From the NCBI RefSeq assembly GCF_000446015.1, contig NC_022093.1, positions 780,001 through 812,000 on the forward strand: a stretch of 32,000 bases of DNA, in the 5' to 3' direction. Made by a program: the position numbers and the translations under genes. Positions 9,220 through 17,191 of this stretch are shown in pieces (the first letter of the stretch is position 1; each line of letters starts with the position of its first letter). Origin of the DNA: Thermofilum adornatum (GTDB lineage Archaea; Thermoproteota; Thermoprotei; Thermofilales; Thermofilaceae). The notes below the pieces were generated by a model. The model did no database searches, was not told the DNA's origin, and saw nothing but the letters and a program-made list of their open reading frames with translations.

Positions 9220-9952
9220 GGAACGCGGAGCAATACACATGACACTGATAGATCCAGACAAAACCACCCCAGACCAAGCCGCAAAGATAGCCCGCGAAGT
9301 ATCAAAGGCGGGGAGCGCGGCAATAATGATCGGTGGAAGCACAGGTGTAAGTGAAAGAATGACTGACGACATAGTTCTCGCAATAAAACAAGTAACTGAC
9401 ATACCTGTGATACTATTTCCGGGAACGCCGTCCGCTCTAAGCAGGTATGCTGACGCTGTGTGGTTTATCTCGGTTCTAAACAGCGCCAATCCCTACTTTA
9501 TAACAGGTGCACAGATGCAGGGAGCCCCCATAGTCAAGAAGTATGGACTAGAGGCGCTATCCCTCGGATACATAATAGTTGGAGAGGGCGGCACTGTATC
9601 AATAGTAAGCTACACTAGGCCTCTACCCTTCGGAAAACCAGATGTCGCCGCCGCCTATGCGTTGGCGGCAGAATACATGGGTTTCCAGTTTATCTACCTT
9701 GAAGGCGGCTCAGGAGCTAAACCCGTCCCGCCAAAAATAGTAAGGATGGTGAGAGGCACTGTTTCTGTGCCCCTAGTAGTTGGTGGAGGCATAAGGAGAC
9801 CTGAGACAGCAAGAAAAATTTCACAGGCCGGTGCAGACATAATAGTTACAGGGACCCTAGTCGAAAAGACCCAAGACATTCAAGATGCTATCGCCCAGAT
9901 AGTAAAAGCAATTGAGGAAGGAGCGAGAAACAGAAACCAGCAGACCGCCTAA
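9182..9952 (+). CDS. geranylgeranylglyceryl phosphate synthase (PcrB/GGGPS family)
   Basis: Motifs are IHMTLIDPDK, IMIGGS, FIYLEGGSGA and VVGGGIR. Candidate starts are GTG 9173, ATG 9182 and ATG 9206, and all overlap the Elf1-like gene end. Confidence 0.85.
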   Translation: MGKVKNYIMEKIRERGAIHMTLIDPDKTTPDQAAKIAREVSKAGSAAIMIGGSTGVSERMTDDIVLAIKQVTDIPVILFPGTPSALSRYADAVWFISVLNSANPYFITGAQMQGAPIVKKYGLEALSLGYIIVGEGGTVSIVSYTRPLPFGKPDVAAAYALAAEYMGFQFIYLEGGSGAKPVPPKIVRMVRGTVSVPLVVGGGIRRPETARKISQAGADIIVTGTLVEKTQDIQDAIAQIVKAIEEGARNRNQQTA

Positions 9953-9953
9953 C

Positions 9954-10154
9954 CTATGGCCCAAAGACCCCCGCATGCGCAAGTATAACTAACATAACGA
10001 AGAGGAAAGTTCCAACAACAACTATTTCTGGCCTAATCTTTATCCCGCCTATGTCTTCCTCGTAAAACGTCAATAGACCAGCTGCTGGCATTGTTGCGGG
10101 CTTTCGTTCGCTAGATTTTTCCTTCTTAGAACCTTTCTTCGCCTTGCTAGACAT
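9954..10154 (-). CDS. secG: preprotein translocase subunit Sec61beta
   Basis: The product is 66 aa with a basic N-terminus, then MPAAGLLTFYEEDIGGIKIRPEIVVV and a single C-terminal TM helix. Confidence 0.85.
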   Translation of the reverse strand: MSSKAKKGSKKEKSSERKPATMPAAGLLTFYEEDIGGIKIRPEIVVVGTFLFVMLVILAHAGVFGP

Positions 10155-10233
10155 AGTTCCTCACAAACATGCTGAGCGGGATCAATATAAAATTGTTGTT
10201 GTGTGTCGTGTCAAAATATAATAATTACTCGTA

Positions 10234-11109
10234 ATGCTACATGTATCGATACATATGGATGACCTCATTCGAAAGTTGTCCAGCTATGCAAAGTTGTCAC
10301 GAATCGACCACGGCGTCATGGCAAGCCTGGCAGTAGTAGCTGGAGCCTTTTCTGTAGAAAACACTTTGAAGAGTATATCTAACTCCTCACTCTTACTCGC
10401 AGTCACATCTGTACTCTTCGTGGAAATGTCGCTATTCGCATCAAACGACATATTTAATATCAAAGAAGACAAAATAAACAACCCGACAAGACCTATAGTT
10501 GCCGGAGAATTATCAACAAGAGAAGCAGTAGCATTTACATTTATCTCAGGCCTCATAGCAGTACTAACCTCAGCAATGGTGAACACAGCCTGTCTCGTAG
10601 TAATTATTGTCGCACTCGTCGTTGGTAATCTCTACAATTCCTATTTCAAAAGGCACGCATTCTTCGGAAACATCATTGTATCAGGATTGACATCGTTCAC
10701 TTTTCCTTATGGAGCCATATCGATCGCAGGAACCCTAACAGAAAAATCCCTCCTATTTTTCATGATAGCCTTCCTCGCAAACCTAGGAAGAGAGATTGCT
10801 AAGGGCATACGTGACCTAGAGGGAGACACAAGAGTAGGCATCTGTACCCTCCCATGCGAAATAGGCACAAACAATGCTGGAAAACTTGCTGGAATATTTA
10901 TGTTGATGGCAGTGGCTCTAAGCTTTTACGGGGCAAACTACGTTAAAACGAAACCAGTCTACCTGGTTCTAATACTTGTAACTGACGCCATATTTACGTA
11001 CGTAGCCGTAAAGCTCATCCATAACCCGTCGACCCAGACGGCCGAAAAAGCCAGAAAACTCACGCTACCAGCAATGCTAAACGCAATAATAGCCTTTACC
11101 CTGCCTTAG
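10234..11109 (+). CDS. UbiA-family prenyltransferase, probable digeranylgeranylglyceryl phosphate synthase
   Basis: The protein is polytopic. The first Asp-rich motif reads NDIFNIKEDKINNPTRPIVAGE and the second RDLEGDTRVGICTLP. ATG 10255 is an alternative start and is better spaced from the AAATATAATAA element at 10213-10223. Confidence 0.75.
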   Translation: MLHVSIHMDDLIRKLSSYAKLSRIDHGVMASLAVVAGAFSVENTLKSISNSSLLLAVTSVLFVEMSLFASNDIFNIKEDKINNPTRPIVAGELSTREAVAFTFISGLIAVLTSAMVNTACLVVIIVALVVGNLYNSYFKRHAFFGNIIVSGLTSFTFPYGAISIAGTLTEKSLLFFMIAFLANLGREIAKGIRDLEGDTRVGICTLPCEIGTNNAGKLAGIFMLMAVALSFYGANYVKTKPVYLVLILVTDAIFTYVAVKLIHNPSTQTAEKARKLTLPAMLNAIIAFTLP

Positions 11110-11680
11110 TGTCGCCATAAAGCCGGCTCCTAAACGTCTCAGACACACCCGAAAGCAAGAGAAAATAAGCATCGCGGACGTGTCTGCCCAGCCTCTCCCC
11201 ACCCTCACCAACAACCCGCAAAATCTTTTTTACATCCCTTTCGCGAATCTTTCTAACAACCACATTCCGGCCAATAGTGATGCCTAGCTCTTCTAGCCTC
11301 TTACACGGGTAGTCTCCAGTATAAATGGTAATTCCTTTGAAAAATCTGCTAAACAAGTCGATAATAATTGGCAAAACTTCGGGAGAAACCGTTTCACCAA
11401 TTATCCTCTCCCCGCCTACAAAGACAACCACACCGACGTGCCTCTCGCCGGGGTCAACGCCCATCACAAGTTCTCCTGAAATACCCTTTACACGCGAATA
11501 GATATAGACAGGCAACACAATGTCCCCAACGTCCTCCCTGATAAGCTCGCATGGAACCTCCAGGATCCCCTCAAAATAGAGGTCTCCCAGCCTAGAACTA
11601 TTTTCAGACAGCAACCTTGCGAGGAGCCCCCTCTTCTCAGGGCACTCACGCGAAGGCATCACACCTAGGAATCCATCCAT
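11096..11680 (-). CDS. uncharacterised protein with RNase H-fold (RuvC/YqgF-like) signature
   Basis: LVMGVDPGERHVGVVVF resembles the first strand plus catalytic Asp of RuvC/YqgF nucleases, and C-terminal GRHVRDAYFLLL resembles the last acidic motif. An internal ATG at 11464 (MGVDPG) is an alternative start. The 3' end overlaps the convergent UbiA gene by 14 nt. Confidence 0.4.
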   Translation of the reverse strand: MDGFLGVMPSRECPEKRGLLARLLSENSSRLGDLYFEGILEVPCELIREDVGDIVLPVYIYSRVKGISGELVMGVDPGERHVGVVVFVGGERIIGETVSPEVLPIIIDLFSRFFKGITIYTGDYPCKRLEELGITIGRNVVVRKIRERDVKKILRVVGEGGERLGRHVRDAYFLLLSGVSETFRSRLYGDTKAG

Positions 11681-11704
11681 CTAAAAACATCAACTCCAGC
11701 CAGC

Positions 11705-12340
11705 TTATAACCCTTTTGTAATACCTCTACTCTGAGCCTCCTCCAATACCTCTCCGGCATCCAGCCTAAGCGTCCCTACCTGGGAAAGTTCGGCATCCTT
11801 TACAATTATTCTAACCAGTTCCCCCTCCCTAACAAACCAGAAATATCTACGAACATATGCCCTTAACACGCTAAACAGGAGGGGTCTCCCCTCTGCCCCC
11901 TCCCCAGAAACAATAATAACCGTCGTTCTTTTGTCTATTGACAACTTACTAAGAAGACTTACAACAAGCGTGCCAGCACTATAAATTACGTGGCCCCTGG
12001 GATATGCATATAAGGGAAAAATAAGAGAACCAAACCCGTCATAAACAATCAAGTCCCCCTCATTGACCAAAATCCCAAGCTCAAGCAATGTCTCAAGCTC
12101 CTCGCGAAAACTCAAAACACCATAAAATTTTAAGCCAAGCCGGGAAAGTCTCCCAGAATCATAGAAAGCATGCTTCCCCAGACCAACATAAAAAGCCCCA
12201 GAACGCCACATAGAAGCCAGAACAAGACCACTCAAAGTCTTAAAGGAACCGGGTCTCCCGTAAAAAACATAAACACCAGGTCTAGAAACCGTCCTCAATA
12301 ACGACCTAAATGGGTCACTGTTACTCAAAGCCCCACTCAC
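11705..12340 (-). CDS. RecA/KaiC-superfamily protein with degenerate Walker A
   Basis: VYVFYGRPGSFKTLSG sits where a P-loop is expected but has F where the GK glycine belongs. LIVYDGFGSL is Walker B-like. The GTG start overlaps the upstream stop (TAGTG at 12338-12342). Confidence 0.5.
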   Translation of the reverse strand: MSGALSNSDPFRSLLRTVSRPGVYVFYGRPGSFKTLSGLVLASMWRSGAFYVGLGKHAFYDSGRLSRLGLKFYGVLSFREELETLLELGILVNEGDLIVYDGFGSLIFPLYAYPRGHVIYSAGTLVVSLLSKLSIDKRTTVIIVSGEGAEGRPLLFSVLRAYVRRYFWFVREGELVRIIVKDAELSQVGTLRLDAGEVLEEAQSRGITKGL

Positions 12341-12696
12341 TACTTCATATTGTTATAGATAAACATCAGCAAGAGCAGAGCAACCATCACCACTAGAACG
12401 CCGCTAAGCAGGCTAGAGTAGAAAACTGAAGAGCGGTGCCTGTACTTTGCAGAATTATATATCATGTACAGACCCACGAGGGCAAAAACATACAAGAAGA
12501 AGACGATCAAGGTCTCAGAAACAGTCTGGCCACTTGCAGAGGGATAAACAAGCTGGACACCAAGCGAAAACGGTGGGTGCTCGACAAGAACATAGAAGAT
12601 CCCGCTGGCAATAAGCAAAATCACGAAGACGGCAGCCCATGCCAAATACTCGAAGCTAATCCCGCGTACCCGAGACATACAAACCCTAAAAACCAT
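12340..12696 (-). CDS. small integral membrane protein (about 3 TM helices)
   Basis: The product is 118 aa (ATG 12696, alternative ATG 12678). Three hydrophobic segments are present: AWAAVFVILLIASGIFYVLV, LIVFFLYVFALVGLYMIY and LLSGVLVVMVALLLLMFIY. It is translationally coupled to the next gene. Confidence 0.55.
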   Translation of the reverse strand: MVFRVCMSRVRGISFEYLAWAAVFVILLIASGIFYVLVEHPPFSLGVQLVYPSASGQTVSETLIVFFLYVFALVGLYMIYNSAKYRHRSSVFYSSLLSGVLVVMVALLLLMFIYNNMK

Positions 12697-12720
12697 ACAG
12701 AATAAAAACTTTGCTCCACG

Positions 12721-12894
12721 CTAGGTGCTACATTTATCCTTCCTAGACACGGTCACACCTTTTGGCACCCAGTCGATCTCGGCTCCACACCTGGGACACT
12801 TGCCGCCAACAGAAGAATAGATCCTAAACAAGTTCGGTATCTTTTCTCCACGATAAAATACGTATCCACACTTAGAGCACTTTACGATGTACAT
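12721..12894 (-). CDS. small zinc-ribbon protein
   Basis: ATG at 12894 gives a 57-aa product MYIVKCSKCG...GGKCPRCGAEIDW with two CxxC pairs. The longer track ORF (to 12948) adds an implausible N-terminus. Confidence 0.5.
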   Translation of the reverse strand: MYIVKCSKCGYVFYRGEKIPNLFRIYSSVGGKCPRCGAEIDWVPKGVTVSRKDKCST

Positions 12895-12989
12895 AAATTC
12901 CTGAAAGAAACATGGCGACAGGCTTGAAATAAACCTAACGCCACCCAAAGCGAAATAGATATTTACTGCCCCATAAAACCCTTTTTCAT

Positions 12990-15200
12990 ATGTCTACGTC
13001 AAGAGCCGCAGAACTCCTCCAGAAAGCCGCAACCTACACAATTAAAGCCCTAGAATTCTTCGGAGACGCTAGAATCGTCACAGCCGTGATACTTCTTACA
13101 GCCTTCACTATAACCCTACTTGCAAGGCTCACACCAATGCATTGGGGCGTATACTTAAACGAGTTCGATCCATACTACGAGTACTACCTCTCCGAGCAAC
13201 TCCTCCAGCACGGCAACGGAAACTATTTTTCAGGCGTCGCCTGGTGGTACCACTGGTGGCTCGAAAACCCCAAGCCACGTGACACACTTTTCTGGTACCC
13301 CGAGGGAAGAGACCTAAGAGGCTCCAGCCAGCCTGGACCAGCGTTCTTTGGCGCAGGAATCTACAGCCTCCTCAACGCTCTAGGCTTCCAAGTATCGCTA
13401 TACGATGTCCATGCTTTCTTCGTTCCAATAGCGGCCTCATTTGCCGTCTTCACGGCCTATCTCCTAGGAAAAGAGCTAAAAGATAACCGTACAGGCGTCC
13501 TCTCCGCCGTGCTCATAGCCCTCAGCTGGGCATACATGTATAGGACAAACCTAGGAGCAAAACACGAAGCCATAGCAATACCATTCATGTTGCTCGGCTT
13601 CTACCTCTTCCTGAAGGCATACAAGAAAAACTCTCTATTGCTCTCAGTGCTCGCAGGGCTCTCGTTAGGCATAGTCGTGCTCTCCTGGGGCGCGTACCTC
13701 TACCCATGGAACCTACTCGCACTAGTAACACTTTACTGGCTCTTTTTCCACCCAGGAGACACTGCACTAGAAAAAACATACCTTGTAACAAACATTATAA
13801 TTACAGTCTTTGTGGCAACCACGCCGAGATTCGGACCTACAACAGCATTCCTGTCGCTCACCGGCTTCCTGCCACTAGCTACAACACTCATAGCCATACT
13901 ACTCTTGACCGGTCTTCGCGTACCATCACAGTTACACCTAAGACAAAACAAGAAAATCATGGCACTTTTCATTGTTGCACTTTTAGCACTCTTTATCGCT
14001 GGAACTTACATAGGAATCTTTAGGGGAATCGCGGGAAGAATACTGGCAGTAGTCATACCACTAGCAAGAGAAGCAGGAGTAACAACCGTAGCAGAACACC
14101 AGGTCCCCACATGGAACCAGGTCTTCGACGACTTTCAAACATCGATCCTTTTTGCACTGTTCGCTGGTTACATCTACTTCACAAGATCTCGTGAAGACTT
14201 CTCTAGCGCATTCACTTCATTATTTATATTCACGGCGGCATACTTCTCAGCCTCAATTGTCAGGCTTTTACTACTACTCAGCCCAGCCGTAGCAGTCACA
14301 GCCTCGCTTGGTCTAATGGAAATTCTAGACAGGCTAGCTGACGCCGGCACAACTCTTGAACGGAGACGCATAAGGGGGGTTCAGACAAACTATAGACTAG
14401 TAATACTTCTAGTGGCAATAATCCTTGTCCTTGTATTCTCACCGTCAATTCTTGCTTCAAAAATTCCGCTCAACAGCCACCAGCCACCCCTCATACTCAC
14501 CTCCTCAGTCCCCGTGGTCAGATACAACTATGAATATATGGACTGGATGTCGGCACTCAACTGGATCTCCGAGAATGTCCCTAGAGACGCCACTATCGCT
14601 ACATGGTGGGACTACGGTTACTGGATCTCAGTCAACACAGGCAGGAAAACCACATGCGACAATGCAACCATAGACACCAAACAGATCCAAAAAATTGCCA
14701 CAGCATTCATGAGCGATGAAGCCACAGCGCTACAAATATTCAGGGAGCTCAACGTCACTTATGTAGTCATATTCGAGCCTCTCCAGAGCTTACAACTCTC
14801 CAATGGCATCCAAGTATGGTTCACAATGATGCATCCCGCACTGGGCGGAGACATGGCGAAATCACCGCAGATGCTGAAATGGATAGGCCGCGATCCTAAA
14901 GACTACATCTACGGCTACAACAACGGCACATTCGCATACATACAGCAGGGTAGCTACACCATCTACATGATACTCCCCGCCAACACGCCACAAGCCCTAA
15001 ACGCTACACTCTACAAGATGATATATGCCAGGAACATTAAACAGCAAGTCTTCATCTTCGACTCCTTCCTACAAATGTTTGGTGGAGGACTACAAGGCTA
15101 CCACGGACCAACATACAACATCCCACAACTAGAACACTTCGAACTGGTCTACGTCTCCGAACCCAACGGGTGGGTTAAAATATTCAAAGTAAAGGGCTAG
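12990..15200 (+). CDS. aglB: oligosaccharyltransferase AglB (STT3 homologue)
   Basis: The N-terminal domain is polytopic with NEFDPYYEYY (compare the eukaryotic STT3 EFDPYFNY). The catalytic WWDYGYWI motif is present, followed by a DK-type segment DNATIDTKQIQKI. Confidence 0.92.
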   Translation: MSTSRAAELLQKAATYTIKALEFFGDARIVTAVILLTAFTITLLARLTPMHWGVYLNEFDPYYEYYLSEQLLQHGNGNYFSGVAWWYHWWLENPKPRDTLFWYPEGRDLRGSSQPGPAFFGAGIYSLLNALGFQVSLYDVHAFFVPIAASFAVFTAYLLGKELKDNRTGVLSAVLIALSWAYMYRTNLGAKHEAIAIPFMLLGFYLFLKAYKKNSLLLSVLAGLSLGIVVLSWGAYLYPWNLLALVTLYWLFFHPGDTALEKTYLVTNIIITVFVATTPRFGPTTAFLSLTGFLPLATTLIAILLLTGLRVPSQLHLRQNKKIMALFIVALLALFIAGTYIGIFRGIAGRILAVVIPLAREAGVTTVAEHQVPTWNQVFDDFQTSILFALFAGYIYFTRSREDFSSAFTSLFIFTAAYFSASIVRLLLLLSPAVAVTASLGLMEILDRLADAGTTLERRRIRGVQTNYRLVILLVAIILVLVFSPSILASKIPLNSHQPPLILTSSVPVVRYNYEYMDWMSALNWISENVPRDATIATWWDYGYWISVNTGRKTTCDNATIDTKQIQKIATAFMSDEATALQIFRELNVTYVVIFEPLQSLQLSNGIQVWFTMMHPALGGDMAKSPQMLKWIGRDPKDYIYGYNNGTFAYIQQGSYTIYMILPANTPQALNATLYKMIYARNIKQQVFIFDSFLQMFGGGLQGYHGPTYNIPQLEHFELVYVSEPNGWVKIFKVKG

Positions 15201-15226
15201 CACAGCCCGGTTTTGTTGTTTTTCTC
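15194..15226 (+). terminator. hairpin plus T-tract after aglB
   Basis: GGGCT-AGCAC-AGCCC hairpin spans the TAG stop and is followed by GGTTTTGTTGTTTTTCTC. Archaeal termination typically uses oligo-T tracts. Confidence 0.4.
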
Positions 15227-15423
15227 TGCTAAGTTCTACAAACCTAGACACGAGTAGGGACAGAACACTCTAGAACAATAACGCTGGCACAGACGTCTAT
15301 AGTGCCTTAACAACACCTTTTCTCCCAATAGATCCTCTTTTATCTTTGGCCAATAGATAATCAGGCATACGAAAATATGGAAACACACAACAAAAGATAA
15401 TGCCTAGTTACTACACTACTTTC

Positions 15424-15624
15424 TTAGCCGGCAGGCCTGTTTTGAGACTGGCCCCTAAGAAGCTCTAGCTTTGCCCTCCTTCTGTATTCTCCATACCGGT
15501 CCTCGGGGGAAAACTTTGCCGGGTGCGGTACCCTAACCGGGCCCCCACACCTAGGACACTTGTCCTGTTGCAACGTGTAAAGCTGACACCTCGGACAGTA
15601 ACGTAACACACCCCTCCTCGTCAT
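15424..15624 (-). CDS. nop10: H/ACA RNP protein Nop10
   Basis: LRYCPRCQLYTLQQDKCPRCGGPVRVPHPAKFSPEDRYGEYRR gives the Zn ribbon plus the PxKFSPxDxY signature. Confidence 0.9.
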   Translation of the reverse strand: MTRRGVLRYCPRCQLYTLQQDKCPRCGGPVRVPHPAKFSPEDRYGEYRRRAKLELLRGQSQNRPAG

Positions 15625-15633
15625 GCCCGTCCC

Positions 15634-16443
15634 CTAGTCTGCTGTCACCCGTTTGTGGGCAATAGTACAAGCCTGTTTCTGAGCCTTTTTCTCTATAAGG
15701 GAAAGTATTTCTGAAAGGAGCTTCTCCGCTTCCTTGTAGCTCGACGCCTCCACGTCGAGCCTATACCTCGGGGCACCAAGAGTGTAAACCTTAATTGTGG
15801 CATTGTTCGGCACAGATATCTCTTCTTGCCATCCAGTCAACACGTCCTTTATTGCATTTATACCGCCAGACACACATTGAAGCTTAATCTCCACCGCTAT
15901 CCTTACAGTCTTCGGCTTAATTGTCTGCTTTGCCAACTCAGCCAGTACTCTCGCCCACTGTCTAGGCACCCCAGCCTCCACAAGCGCCTCCTCTCCTCTT
16001 CCAGCCGCCTCCTCAAACCCCCTAAAAATCTCGCCATAGTGGTCCTCTAACTTCCAGCCAGCTTCTTGGTAGGCATCGTCAAGGCTCTTCTTCAGCTTCT
16101 GCGCCGCAATCTCAAGCATCTTTTCCGCACGCTGAGCCCTCTTCCACTCAATTAGCTTCTCCCTGCGCTCTTTGTCAGAGACCCTCCTCAAAGAAACATC
16201 CACTAGCTTCCTGTTCTTGTCCACCCTAATGACCTTAAGGACATACTTCCGTCCAACTTTCAAGACGTCACGGATATTCTTAAACCAGGAATGGCTAACC
16301 TCACCCAGCGGTATGTATGCCTTCAAACCTCCATATTCGTCAAGCGACACGAATGCACCGTGGTCCTGAATCTCAGTAACCGTCCCAACAACTAGCTCAT
16401 TTACGTCTGGTACTGGCTCACGTCTCCGAACCACATCAACCAC
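15634..16443 (-). CDS. eif2a: translation initiation factor aIF2 alpha
   Basis: The N-terminal S1 domain reads ELVVGTVTEIQDHGAFVSLDEYGGLKAYIPLGEVS. Length is 269 aa. The gene lies in the conserved L44e-S27e-aIF2alpha-Nop10 block. Confidence 0.9.
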   Translation of the reverse strand: MVDVVRRREPVPDVNELVVGTVTEIQDHGAFVSLDEYGGLKAYIPLGEVSHSWFKNIRDVLKVGRKYVLKVIRVDKNRKLVDVSLRRVSDKERREKLIEWKRAQRAEKMLEIAAQKLKKSLDDAYQEAGWKLEDHYGEIFRGFEEAAGRGEEALVEAGVPRQWARVLAELAKQTIKPKTVRIAVEIKLQCVSGGINAIKDVLTGWQEEISVPNNATIKVYTLGAPRYRLDVEASSYKEAEKLLSEILSLIEKKAQKQACTIAHKRVTAD

Positions 16444-16569
16444 CTCTACAATGGGCTGTAAAAGAGTATATATGTACTTCGTAGCAGTGCTTACAGTTGT
16501 GCGACTTTTATCCTCAAAGAGTTAGAATATTTCTGAGGTTCTCCTCTAAAGAAGGACAGATACCCTGAT

Positions 16570-16767
16570 TCAACGAAGAACTTCCACAATTTCTGCCACT
16601 ATCAGCGCTTTGCCCCCAGTAGGCTCCACAAGGACTTTCCCACACTTAGGACACTTAACCGCAATTGATGCATGGCTATACGTAACCATCGTTGTGCCAC
16701 AGTCGGGGCATCGTATCTTTACAAATCTTGTCTGGGGCTGAGGTATCAGGTTGGAGTATTTCTCCAT
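16570..16767 (-). CDS. rps27e: 30S ribosomal protein S27e
   Basis: FVKIRCPDCGTTMVTYSHASIAVKCPKCGKVL is the C4 ribbon typical of S27e. Confidence 0.9.
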   Translation of the reverse strand: MEKYSNLIPQPQTRFVKIRCPDCGTTMVTYSHASIAVKCPKCGKVLVEPTGGKALIVAEIVEVLR

Positions 16768-16768
16768 G

Positions 16769-17056
16769 CTACTTCACCTTCTCAATTATCTCGAGCTTCT
16801 TAAGGCGTATACCTTCCTTGTGATAAGTGTACCCGCAAACCTTGCATCTCAGCTTCAGCACCATTTTCTTGGTTACCTTCGCTGTCCTCTTCTGCTCAGG
16901 CTTACGCTTAGATCCATACCCCTTCTGCTTCCTCAAATATCGCCTCTGTCCCTCAGCAAGAGTCCTCCTTTTCCCAGCCTTATACAGCATTACTTCGTGC
17001 TCCGTGTGGGTCTTGCACTTAGGACAGTATGTACGTATAACGTTGGGAACTTTCAT
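16769..17056 (-). CDS. rpl44e: 50S ribosomal protein L44e
   Basis: ATG at 17056 gives [22 protein letters not shown]...[15 protein letters not shown]...KQKGYGS, the L44e signature. The track ORF is extended 8 codons upstream. Confidence 0.9.
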   Translation of the reverse strand: MKVPNVIRTYCPKCKTHTEHEVMLYKAGKRRTLAEGQRRYLRKQKGYGSKRKPEQKRTAKVTKKMVLKLRCKVCGYTYHKEGIRLKKLEIIEKVK

Positions 17057-17090
17057 CCGACCAGCCTCAAACAGTTTCAAGCCATAATAG

Positions 17091-17154
17091 TTTAAAAACG
17101 TTTTTATTGTGACATGACGGTTAAGCCGCCACCATGGGCGAGAAACTTATATAT
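17091..17154. promoter_or_regulatory. divergent promoter region for L44e operon and EF-1alpha
   Basis: TTTAAAAA at 17091-17098 reads TTTTTAAA on the minus strand and lies about 35 nt upstream of the L44e ATG. TTATATAT at 17147-17154 lies about 38 nt upstream of the EF-1alpha ATG. Both are archaeal TATA-box-like. Confidence 0.4.
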
Positions 17155-17191
17155 TTCAGTTACAACACAGTTTTTGCAACGGGTGCAAGAT

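Noticed and set aside
11096-12948. I had the impression that the uncharacterised minus-strand cluster is compositionally different (G-rich coding strand) and might be a horizontally acquired islet.
   Set aside because: I could not compute GC or codon statistics. The neighbouring aglB region looks similarly GC-rich on its coding strand, and no flanking repeats, integrase or tRNA-derived att sites are visible.
15325-15358. The 9-bp direct repeat CCAATAGAT occurs twice, 25 nt apart, in the aglB/nop10 convergent spacer.
   Set aside because: It is short, has only two copies and no associated structure or boxes. It is compatible with chance in a 220-nt AT-rich terminator region.
17114-17191. N-terminal extensions from upstream ATG/GTG/TTG starts in the ORF track (EF-1alpha 17114, PriL 3598, cmk 5397, L44e 17080, MBL 351, hisS 28420, PGI/PMI 29728, Zn ribbon 12948).
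   Set aside because: The family-typical N-termini begin at downstream ATGs. These sit at sensible distances from TATA-like or SD-like elements or from the upstream stop codon.
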